Source: Sphaeroforma arctica JP610 (Eukaryota). From it: a DNA stretch of 64,000 nucleotides. Within the stretch, counting starts at the first letter, position 1; each line of letters begins with the position of its first letter. The notes under the pieces were generated by a model. It saw only the letters and a list, made by a program, of their open reading frames with translations, ran no database searches and had not been told where the DNA came from. The stretch spans positions 151,744 to 215,743 of the forward strand of contig NW_014040531.1 of the NCBI RefSeq assembly GCF_001186125.1. Reading direction: 5' to 3'. Shown here piece by piece: positions 19,568-32,800 of the stretch. The translations under genes were made by a program, and so were the position numbers.

Positions 19568-21745
19568 ACGTAGTTATATCCATTGTAGAGCCTTTTTGTT
19601 ATAGCCCACGGGCCATTTACCATCTGACACTCGATACTGGCCAAATTTCCGCACGCACGTGTCGTACAAATTCTCGAAAGACTAGACAGTATAGAAGTAT
19701 ATTTAACAGCAATTTCATATTAATATTTTCAGCACGACACTTGTAATGTTTGCAAGTTTTTGGCTGACACATGGTAGTACGTTGGAAGACTAGACACCCG
19801 ACAGTTGACATTGGCAATCTGCCACAATATCCGAGATGTACCAAGACGTTCAACGCAAGCTAACACGGGAGTTCTATGCTCCTCCGTATTGTATTCTTTT
19901 AGGAGTTAACAAATCGAGGGTTCGGCACAAGCATGACACCTACACACACATCATCGGACGCAATAAAGTTGAATTTCAGCGAGTGAGCGTGGATGTGCTA
20001 GCTTATTTCTCTCAGACATCACCAGACCGAGAAACACAGGACCTCCTTAAATCCCACAGTCCAAAATAGTCACCCTTGGAATTGCTTGCAACACTCTAGG
20101 GGGTGGATCGGGAGTAATGAGATTGATACTACACCAACCAATCAGTTAGGCCTCGCTAAGTAATTCGTAGTCTAGACGAGAAATTCACTCTGGAAAAAAA
20201 AAGAGAGAGCCTCTCCTGTCAGCAGTCAGACCCTCAACGCAGACACCAGGAAAATTGTAGAGACGTGCAGATGTACACTGCAGCGCTAACAAAATCCCAA
20301 TATCTCCATAGAAACGCTACGATATACAACGAACACCAAGCCGACGACGTCCCACTTTACCAATGTTTTCAAGTTGGCTCCGAACATGGCGTGTCGGTAG
20401 GAGAAGGCGATTGAAAGCACGCAATTGGGCGGGGCTACGAAGCTAATAGTTTTGAACAAATTCTTGCAGTATACCTCCCTATAATAGCCGACACAGATAT
20501 ATCAAGAGAGGTCACATATCTCAATTGAGAACGAAACTGTCCCAAGATTCTGTTGCTACACTAGTTTATTTTGTAGGTTGGATTCGCACCTCACGAGTCC
20601 GATCCCCGACAGTCCAGTCGAGGGGTACTTTACTTTAGCTTGACAGGGTGGCATTACGAGCTAGCACCTATAGAATATCCCGCCTCCTGTAGCGATACAG
20701 AAAAGAAAAGAAAAGCATGCTTAGAACGATAGTACATTTTCATATTTATACGTAAAAAATAGTGAATTGTACACGAACATAGTAATGGAAGAAAACCTGC
20801 CGTCACCAACTGTCACACGCACAATATGGCATAGATGCTAGAAGTAAAAGGCCCAAATCCACTTACAAATGTGCATTTCAACAATATGAACGAGCATATG
20901 AACATCTGTGAAAGATTGCTTCTGTTTTTGACACGTGCATGCATCCAACACTTTGTAACATTGAGCTGAAAATCGAAAAAGGCAAATGACCGTGCAAAAC
21001 AGGGCCATGTAACAATTCGTTGACGAGAAACAGAGGCACGTATGCGCAGACAACAAATGCATATCAATAACTTCAACAAACGGATACGAAAGCGCCATCT
21101 ATCGGAAACTAAAAACAGTCGGTGGAAGAATAGCACTATCTACCATTAATCTCTTTTAACATAGGCGACAATAAAGAAAATGAGTTTTAAACCACCACCA
21201 TGTCTACCTTCTAGCCTGAGCACTGGCGTGCTTATGTAATTCTCCAAAATCTCATATCGGGTATCAATGGACAGAAAGGTTCACGGAACTATCCATATCC
21301 GCAACAAAACACGAACATTGTACGCGAATTATCTACTAGATAGAACATATATCTGACGCACGCACACAGAAACGGTATATTTTTTCGATTGCAAACAGCA
21401 GTACAGAAACAATAAATGAGAAAGGAAATATCTCTCACTGACCTAACTAATTGAACTATCAAACCCCACATGACACTGTTCTCCAAGTTTAACACTGTCT
21501 AAAAATCAGATACCAAAGAACAATATGCAAGATATAATTAAGGCAATACGCGCTAGAAAGATGGATGCGAAAACTGCATATACCTCAGAAAATCCGCTAT
21601 ACCTTGTCAGGCGCTGTCCAGAAAATACTATACAAATATGTGCATGCCAATGGTTTTGACAATTGGCTTTGCTTAACCAACGCCGTAAAGTGCGCGTAAA
21701 TCAATCTGCACACTGTATATATACTACAGCTACACACAACTATGT

Positions 21746-21976
21746 TCAATATATACGGCAACTACAAACCTTCGCCTTGGCATCGGCACTCGAGACACTA
21801 CTCGTCGTACAACAACCTCCAGAATCTGCTGTGGAACTAGATGGGGGCTCTCGTGAGTCCCCTACTAAAGTACCTTTACTTTCGCCGGCAGCCTTCTTCT
21901 GTTTCCAAAAATATGAGCTGATCCACGTCCACGCAAGGAAAAGTAGGGGCATAAATATACATGATATGCAAACCAT
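21746..21976 (-). CDS. Small membrane protein, C18orf32/UPF0729 (DUF4512)-like, ~76-80 aa
   Basis: Starts MVCISCIFMPLLFLAWTWISSYFWKQKK, matching the MVCIPCIVIP-hydrophobic-basic pattern of C18orf32. The 3' end is ambiguous: stop at 21746, or a short intron after AKAK to a terminal exon IDLRALYGVG* ending near 21673. Confidence 0.65.
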   Translation of the reverse strand: MVCISCIFMPLLFLAWTWISSYFWKQKKAAGESKGTLVGDSREPPSSSTADSGGCCTTSSVSSADAKAKVCSCRIY

Positions 21977-23144
21977 ATTGTCGATTTGTGCCCTGCTATG
22001 AGTACTAAATGTTACCTGTGCTGAATACACTTGCCTCTGATACACGTAATATGCGCTCTTTATATTCAATATTCAATAATGTCTATCGGATATGGAGTCG
22101 TGGACTCGAAAGATATATATCAATAAAAGTTTATAATTTATGAAGTCCTGATTTTCGATGACTAATTAGAGCGAACAAATAAAAATCAGGATTTATAATC
22201 GTCACATTTCATATGGATATTTTTCTTTGTACACATGTCTAATAAGTACCTAGTTCTGGGACAAATTATTTTTTGAAAATCAAATACGTCCCGAATGCTT
22301 TGTGATATAATATGACAAACCGCCATATTTCGTTTTGGCATTAGTAACACATTTTGTTTTTGTTTTTGTTTTTGTTTTTTGTTTTTTGTTTCAATTATAA
22401 GATCCCTGACCCTAATTTCCTGTCCTGATCCTAAGATTCCACAAATCCTTGGCCAACCCCGAAAAACTCTGAGTCCAAAAATCCTGGTCCACAGGGCACA
22501 CTAGAAACCCTAAATCCTACCAAAAAAATGAGGCGAAAATTATCAGTGCATACTCTTTAAAAATTCAGAAGAAGGCTAAGAATTATGATTATATTTATTT
22601 ATATATTTAAAAAAAGACTTTTGGCTCGGCCCTGTCAAAGCCTATTAAAAAAATACGATTCAAGTAGAGTGTCTTGTAATCCTCCTCGAGTCATCCTCTT
22701 TCTTTTATTACATTTAAAATATCCTCTCTGTGTGTCGGATGAGTACGTTGTACTCCTGTATAAATAACAGTATAATACTCTGACAAGTCTGAAAGCCAAA
22801 GGATTGCAAGAATGCACATAGCCTTCTAAATTTGACATTCAGGGGCAGCTAAGGCCTGAGGCCCGAGGGGCAGTAAAAAAAGTATATAAATAGCCTCATT
22901 TAATTGACGTAAAAAAGAATACCTATTACACAGATCTGATTGGTAGAGTAAATTAGGCGGTCAAACTTGAAATAATTAGTTCACTGGGTATTTCTCGGAA
23001 AAAAAACCTGTCATTTTGTCTAAATGTCCAAGACCGGTAAATTAAAAATACAGCACCTTCTATTGTCACACGAAAGTGTAACGGTTCAATACTATAAAGT
23101 ATATAAACAACTCTCGTTATATAGTGCCACGACTAAATATATAG

Positions 23145-23625
<481 letters not shown>

Positions 23626-23801
23626 ATTATACGACATAGTGTGTATGGAAGGTATCTATGCGTATGTAACGGTGCATATCAAAGGTACATCTCTGTGACG
23701 AGAGCCTATGTATACGATCTGTATGGAACTGGAATACATACACGCACATCCTGCGCATACAAGACTTACGGATACGGTAATTAGATACACATTCAATCAG
23801 T

Positions 23802-26800
23802 ATGGCTAGAGGGGCGGCAGCCAAAAGCAAGGGGGAGGCGACCAAAGTCAAAGCAAAAGCCAAGCCCAAATCCATAGCAAAGACTAAACCTAAAGCAAAA
23901 GCTAAAGCGACGACCAAAGGGATAGGGAAAGCAGTCAAAATAACCGCAACTACAATCAAGAAACGTGCAGATAAGAAGGGGAAAGGGAGTGCTCAATCGA
24001 GCGCATCGACTCAGAGCGAGTTCGATTTCAAAGAGAGCCCAGAGGAGAGTTCCCAAGACAGTGCAGTGGCCACCATAGAAGGAGCTAGCGTTAGTGTTGT
24101 TACTGCTAGTCTACCTACCGGTAACAGTAAGAAGAAATCGTGGGTCTTGAAAGAAATAACAGGTAGAATAAGTAAAGACGAGCTCTTGAAGCGTCTAAAG
24201 GCACTTCTCGTAGACCTGCAGAAACAGAAGCAGCATGAAACGGTCAGTAGCGAGATCGCACATTTTGCCGAGACTTTGGTAGATACTTCATTGCTGAAAC
24301 ACAAGGACAAAGACGTCAAGATATACGTCGCGTGTTGTTTGGCAGAAGTACTGAGACTCTATGCACCGCAGACCCCCTACAACGACGAGGTTCTGGTGGT
24401 ATGTGTTTTTCTTTGTTCTCTTGATGGCATACTTTTGTCCCGAAATCGATTATCAGCTCATAAATGCTATCAAATAACCCGTTCAAAAGCCAACGTGGCA
24501 TTGTAGACACGCGAACATGAGTTCATAAAACCCGATGGAATAGGTTATCTGCCATCAATATATCTCGAAAAGTATATTTTCATAAAGTAGTGCTTGTGTT
24601 TGTAGTTAGGTCATCAAACGCATGTGGAAAACTTTATTTTTGGTGGTGGATGTGCAAATGTAAGGGTTGTGTTAAATACCCAATTGCTATAGATATAAAG
24701 TTTTTGGCGGAACTCCCAGACCGTTGTAGCTCGATCTTCAATTCGGCGGCCTATGATTGCGAGCATTAGTGTTGGTTGTGCACTCCTTTTGTGAGATAGT
24801 GTGCTCTGTTCGATGTTGACAATCCGGGATTTGCAGGGCATCCGGGATGTTTCCACTACGCATTCTATTTAATGGTCTTATCGAGCCAGATCTCTAGACA
24901 GAAATCAAAGCGAAACGTTCATTGAATCCTCATACTTGCTCATTCGACCGTGCCACATGTGCAATCTGGTAACTTGATAGTCTGGATGCGAGTCTCAGAT
25001 ATCTTTTCAACACTGTATATCGTGGCTACGACCCTATGAAAGTGGCTGCCGATTTTCCGCATATATTTCCTCAATGACGGTGGGGTATTGTACTCGTGCC
25101 AAATGCGTAGCCATTGGTACGGTGACTGCCTGGAAAACTAGCAATTTTTATAGCGAGCTTGACATCTGAACTATGTATAGTTGGTCTAATGCTGCACTTA
25201 CCGTTATCAAAAGTACTCGCTCAGGGTCTTGCAACTCGTACTCGCTCAGGGTCTTGCAACTCGTACTCGCTCAGGGTCTTGCAACTCGTACTCGTCTCAC
25301 ACACTTCCATATAAATTTTTTCATACAGGCGGTTTTCAGGTTCTTCATCTCGCAACTACGGGGTCTTGCGAATCACCAGTCACCGTATTTCACACTGGCG
25401 TTCTCTCTTCTGGAAGTGCTCGCGTTTGTGCATTCGTTTGTGCTCTGCATTGAGCTACCCGAGGCGACCGAATTGTTCTGCAGTTTGGTGTCGACATTGA
25501 AGGAGACCGTGAGGTGTGTCATGCCAATGGCACTTATCTCAAAGTGGTTTCATGCACGGATATGTACGCACGAGTTCTATATTGGGGCTGAGAATGCGTC
25601 AAACAGATGTACATTCTGTTGTAACAGTTCACCCGCCCACGTATTGTTCGAGGCCTGCACGCTACACGCAACGAGTCATGTTATGTATTTGCTGTAGTTT
25701 ACACATGGGATATATGTGCATATGCATTTCAATGAATACAGGACTGAAAATTTTCGAAAGATCAGTAAAATATGAGTATCTGTCATTGACACCAACTTTA
25801 GCGATAAGTGTGCAATGTAATTTCCAAGTTTCTCCCTTGAACACGGAGGCTATACATGTCAAGGTCATACCTTTCTAATTTGGGCTCCAATACAGTTCGA
25901 ATCACTCCAACAAACTTGTGTCATACATGGCTGACATGGTGGCGGGAAGTCTCAAGGAGATGGACAGTATTGAGCCTGAGCTGCTTATTGCCATTCTAGA
26001 GTCCCTCTTGCCTGACAACAAGGTATGACGACTCCAGTCGGCTGAGTTCAATTTTTTAATGTAAAGTGGTTGGATGTGGTCTAAACTCATTAATTACCAC
26101 ACGCTGGATAAAAATGTGTTCCAATCGTAGGTTCAACTTAGGCTGTAAAGTTTGTAGAATCCATAGGTCAAGCAAACCTATCTACCGATCTGGTCATTTA
26201 GGGGAGTATACGATCATATAATTACTAAGGCACACGTTTACAGACAGTATGTATCTGAGTAGTAACCATTTCCTCGTGCTGCGATTTACTTCGCCTGGTT
26301 TTGGAAAGAAGTCTCTGCTTATGGAAAAAGAATCACATGGACTAACACAGGCTTCATTCGTTGCAGAAAGAAAATCCAATTCAGTTTTCGCTATCGAGAC
26401 TGATACTTCAGAAGGCCGAAACTGCGATGCAAGGAGACCTAACCCGGGTAAGCTGAGTTAATCTAGGTTACTTCCATTTCAAATTTCAAAGCGACGTGTG
26501 CTCTCGTGTATTCATGCACTTGGAAAAGGTTATCGCTGCTTTCACACAATTACGTTGCAAGGACACCCTATGCTACATTTTAAATTGTGTGACATGCAAG
26601 TAGTGTGAGTATTTAAACGAGTCCCTCGATCAACTGGAGATTTGCTGCGACATTCTTGCTCTTTTAGATCCATCTCACCGCCGCAGTATTGCTCGCCATA
26701 TATCAAATTGTCAGTGCCGGATATCAGTTCCAGTTTGAGCTGAACGATCCAAAATAACTCAAGTGGTATACATACATGTGATACTTTCTTAAGGATATGA

Positions 26801-29800
26801 GTGAACGTTGTAGCGTAGCTACATCACTTGCTTATTAGTGCGGTTAGAATGGCGTACTCGCTAAGCTATACGACGCAGCTTTAGCTCATTAGTCGCCAAT
26901 GATAGAGAGTGGTGTCTATTGGTAGTTTGTGGTGATTCAAATATACTCTGACAGCTATCATAGCTAAGAGCCAGGATCCAGACTATATCTAGAGGTGATA
27001 GCTGACAGGGTGATGTATCCTTTTGTCTGTACAACATAGTTCCTAACAACGGTTCGTATTTCGCACGCCTATGGACGTTACAGTTCTTCAGAGAGATACT
27101 CACCGGAGCAAACAAATCACGGGCCGAACTGGTACACGGTGGAAACGTGTACGCACTGCTGGGAGAAATTAGTGATATCGCACCCAATGCTATACTTTAC
27201 GTATACCCTCTGCTCAAGCAAATGCTGGAAGTGAACTACGACCCTCAGATCAAAGACGAGAAGCAGCAAAAAAGGTGAGGATACTACACGAGTATTATTG
27301 CGTTGGTTTGTAACAGTATCAGTCGTATCACTTCAGTCGTGTTACTTGAGTGCATGTGGATTTTTTTATGACGGTATTGCGTGGTTTTGTAGCTGTATCA
27401 GTCGTTTATGCTTATGAATGTACATGTACGCATACTAGTGTGCATATGAGTTTATGAAAGACGCCAACATTTATATAAGGCCTCAACAGTACGGATCTCG
27501 CGCGCTCTCTGACGATGCAGATTTGTGTGTAGCTGGGTATAAAGCTCAATAGACGTCTACAATTTTCCGACGATCGCGATTATGCATCTAATCATTTCTA
27601 TCGGTTCGACTCATCTGCTCCGTGCGTTCGATTTTTCAAGCACAAACCAACCTGTATTCCACCTTACATTTTTGAATAGATACCAAGCGACGCAATTGCT
27701 GTGTCGAATGTTCTGTCGTGATTCTACCATGATCGAAACTCATCGAGGTCTGTGGGAGCAACTGCTGCAGCGATTGAAGGACATAGAGCCAGCCATTCGG
27801 GCGGAGGTGGTGGCACATTGCAGTCAGTTTGTGACTCGGCATCCACGTCACGCTTCCGGTACGACAAATGATGCTTTTTGAACCGTACTGTTTGAACGAT
27901 ATTTTCTCATTTAACGCTGCACGCAACAGTACATAAATACATGAATACTTGTTTCATTTCCTCGTAGGTGAATTTTTGAGCGCACGCCAAACGGTTGACG
28001 CTGTATTAATGTTTGCCTTTTGCTTTGTATGTATTTCACAAACGCTTCTATAATAAACTATTTCACGTGCATCGGACCCCACAAACTCTAACACACAACA
28101 GTCGCGTTTTTCGACTTGAGTATACGCTTTAACTGAAGTCTCAGTGATTACCACAAGGGTCTGTTGCATATGTTCATCGAGCCTTATAATTTCAGAGTCA
28201 AGTGTGCTCAGTAAGCCTTTTCTATAGAAGGGTGCACTTTACACATGGGTTCATGGGGTGCACTTTACATATGGGTTCATGGGGTGCACTTTACATATGG
28301 GTTCATGGGGTGCACTTTACATATGGGTTCATGGCTGTTTCACCATTTCGGTTCGCATACTTCAAAATTTAGTCATACACTCTACTCTGACCGATTCATC
28401 TTGACCTGACCCTTCCAATACAGGCGCAAATATCATCAATCATATATAAGGACGAATTTATTTTAGACCTCAATATCTCGCAGGTAAACCTCACTTTTTC
28501 TTGTGATAATCCTCAGCCCTTTTGTTTCGATTCGTTCGCAGACATCGTCAATCGAATAGGAGAGAGGGTACTTGATCCTGCCGAAAGTGTGCGCATGGGC
28601 ACAGTGCAGGCAGTGTGTTCTACTGCGATGGCAAATCCGTCCGTGGTATCGAAGGAAGTTTTCGAAAGACTCTGCTGTCGGAGCAAGGACAAGAAGGTGC
28701 GGTTCCCAGTCATACATTTGGGGGATTTATACTAGATCGTGCATGCTCGTAGAAAATTACGTTTGATATCAAGTTTGTACATCTTATTAAGGCAGTGAAC
28801 CCACATGAACATCTGAATGGTTTGTCGCTCTCGTGATGGCATGTATTGCGCAGCAGGACGTTGTGTCGAAGCACTTTTCATCCAGCATATTAGTATCGGA
28901 AGAAATATCCGACATCCATCGGCAAATATATCTATGGATTCCGAACGATATTTTATTGTCTTCTTCGTATTTCATTTACAGCCCGAAGTCCGCGACCTTG
29001 CGATCAAGCAAATAGGCGAAGTATATAAGACTCTACTACTGTGGTAAGTCATTTAGAAATATTTAGAATTTTCCTTGCGCTTGGCTGTTTTCCTAGCCAA
29101 GCGCATATTTTTGCTACCTAGAACACTATGTCGGCAATGTTGCAGGTGCACAGACATACGTAACTCGAAGCATCGACCTTTCCTGAATATGAGCAGCCAC
29201 AGTGCTGCAGTGATCGTCGTAGTATACGGCCTGTTGCATCTAACCCAGCGTACGGTCATTGAATATAACCATGAGGCCTCTCTACAGCGATAAATTACGC
29301 GAACTGCCCAGAGTTTAGGATGTGCATTAGATCATTTCTACTTCAGATTCAAGATTTTTTTAATCTACCTGTGCAGTCATGCTGGTGAAACTCTCAACTC
29401 TGCGGGTATGATTGGAAGTCATGAGCGCGAGTTATTCGCAGTATACGGCGCAATCCCCGAGTTTGTGTTCACTGCGTACGCGACGAGTGGTGCATCGCCT
29501 ATCGACTCCACACAGCGTGTCGCGGGTATGTGACTGTGATTTGTTTGTACCGAATTGATGCAGAAATCATATTTGTCTCAGATTCTGTACATCGCTGTGA
29601 AACTACATTGAGCAGGTTTAATTTTTTGAGGTTTGGGTTAATCAGGAGGTATTCACTGCATACGTGACACCTGTCATGACCTCCACGCAGGCATTCGCGG
29701 ATAAATGAATATGAATTCGTTGCAACGAATAATGCAACAATTCAAGGGTCACTGATGGAAAACATTATGCTCTGAGGCAATAAAAACAAGATCGGATACG

Positions 29801-32800
29801 CGACATTGTCGTTCTTTTGTTTACTACACATTCTGCAGAAACTGTGATACAGAACTGCCTGATCGATAATAAGGCGTCGGCAGAAGAGCGTGCCTTACAA
29901 GTGCTGAATATGTACATGTCTCTCAGTGAAACGGGTATAAAGGCCTACACTCAATTGATCAAGCACAAAATCAATCTATTGGGTGTAGTTAAGAAGTACT
30001 GTGATCTGAGGATCGGACTGAAGAAAGCTGAGGATCGGGAGGAAACGGACATCAAGGTATGTGATCGCAATCGAGGGTCAATCGTCTGATCTGGCAGTGT
30101 GTGTCGCTGCTATAGTTTCTTGCTTCATTTGTATTAATTTGCCCTTTCTTTTGATGTTTTCTTGTTACGATATTTGTCTATTTGTTTGCTCGTCACTTCT
30201 GCGCGTGAATTCGAGGAATATGTTCAATTGCCATTAAATTAATATGCGTTTCTTTTGATACCTTCCGAGAATTCATGGACTCTGCTACAAAATTCGATGA
30301 CATAAATTTTACCTCATAACTTTTGCCAATCTGCCTAACATCTACTTCCAGCTCTAACATTCACGCGATAAACGTACATCGTAGAAACTGCATATAAAAA
30401 TGAATCTCATTTAAACAGTATTTTTTTTATTGCCGCAAACTTTTAGGCGAAGGCTAATGCGTACGACATTGTATTACAGGCCAAGCAACTACTCGATACA
30501 ATTGCAAAAAATCTCGGTGGAAATGTAAGCACCAATTTCGATAAGCTCTTGAAAATCCACAAAAGCAAAGATCTCTCCCTCTTCAAGTTGATACTCAAAG
30601 CCCAGCAAGTCAGCACCACCCCTGAGAAACGACGAGAAATTCTAGTACGTGTTTTGCTGCCGGATTTGTCCCAATGATCAACATTGCATCTTCTTGTTCA
30701 CTTCGGTGTCTTTGCAGCATGCGTTGAGCGCTGTGGTTTATTGACTGTGCATCAGCTAGACTATCGTACGCGATCATGTTAAAATTCATATTTGAGATAT
30801 GTATCTCTCGATTGGTTTCGTGGGATGCCATACATATTCTTGTAGATCGCGCATGTGGAGTCCTCCTTATTTGACCTCTAAAAACAAATTGTAATGCATT
30901 CGTAGAGGCAGTCGTAAGATATTTAAAAAAGAATAATCGCACACACATGCTCACAACACAGTCAGATGCAGTCACCAAAGTCAAGGAGAAGGACGTTGTG
31001 AAAGCCATCTTCAGTCGTACCTCACTGGTCATTTTCAGCCAAGATCTGGTAACGCATCAGTTGGCGATCCTGCGCGCACTTGCCAACGAAGACACTGAAT
31101 TTGAGAATGTCGAGTTTGTGACAGTGTGCTCGTTCTTGAAGGTAAGGGGGAGTTCACGAGCGCATCGATTTCAGATGTATGAGTTTTAATACATGTGCAT
31201 ACGTTGGTGTGTTACTACTAACGCTACCAATCATATTAATATTTTTCTGTATCGATTTCTGTTGAGGTACATTACGGGATCTTACCTATTTGTTTATTTA
31301 AATTGGCAGCAAACTACTGGACACAACTGTTGTTTTCTGTCAGAAATCTTCATTTAGCTTTGGGATGAAGCATCAGACTGTCATTCATTATGTTTGCTCG
31401 TCTATGGTAGAGTTGTCTTCGTTAGTGAGTTTTCAAAATTTCTAGAAATAAAAAATATATCTTGATATTTGTAGGAGCTAGTGCCTCGCAATCATGAATT
31501 AGTGCTAGCGAAGTAAATCAACACATATTTTCTCAGATGTTAACGAGAATGCTCTCAATCGCAGATAGCGACAAGACTCATTCTTTACTCTTTACTTACA
31601 TAAGTTTAGGACTTGCAGGTTAAGAAGCGTGCAATCGCATATTGCTTCTCGTTCAGTGCTAATTGATCGTTGTATGTGCAGATGCTAGCTCAGGTGTCTC
31701 CTGTGCATTTTGAGGCTCAGCCAATTCTGGAGAACCTCATTGATTTTCTAAAGGCTGAATCGAATGAAATAGGTATGTCAAGGCACGTTATGGCGAATGC
31801 AGTGGTATCTTATGTGCTTGCATATTGGCACTTACCTTGGTCGTCGGGGTTGTCTGAATAATAGCCAACAGAGCTCATCAATCGTCGTTGTGACACATTG
31901 TTACACATTCTTCTATATATATGGTCTTAATTGGAGCAATCTATGGTGTATTTTTTTGTTTAGGACATATTTCATGTACGCCCCACAAAGCGTGAAGAAA
32001 ACCGCGAATCATATATTAATCTCGACGTTAAAATTGCATCAATAGTAGTGGTTCGATACATGCAAGGCAAATACTTCATCACACTAACTTCATTCGGCAT
32101 GCAAACAACGCGCTACCTGTTGGTTACAGTTGATGCTGGGCTGCAATTGCTTGCCTTGATGGGAGAGTCTCTGCGCCACGGTAATGCCAAGAGCCTGCTA
32201 GAGTAAGTACACTATATGTGTTTACTTGTGCTTGTAGTATCTATTCTCTACAAAGTTGCTCAAAATATACAATTTAAAATAGGAGAAGCGAGTTGTATAA
32301 TTGTGTCGCTTATTGCGTACGTGCGCACTCAACAAGTCGAATGCATGAAGTATCCTGTTGTGTGCCCAGGGGTACTCGTACGCCTTTGCTTTCTCAGATT
32401 GAATATTATATTCTGCACCAGCATGCAATGAATGATTTTTGTGTAGTGTGAGAACACTTGGGCGCGCTAGTTGATAGAGATGTCACTCTAATCCTACGAG
32501 AGACAAAGCATGACGATGTAAGTTAAGAAAGCAGAGCTCACTTAGTGTGCCCAAAACTACCGGTGCCAGTATTAAGGTGCTGCTGGTCATTGTCTGTCCC
32601 AAGTACAAATATATGCATACAGAAACACACATTTGCACCTGTCTGTTCGACTGTATCTATACATCATACGCTGATGCACAGTGTGCTGTGTTTACTGATC
32701 GAGATATACTCGATATGTTATTGCCGAAATTATAACTTAAAACAGGCTGCTCAATGACAGATTCTCAATATACTGCTTGCAAATACACTTATTCGTATCC

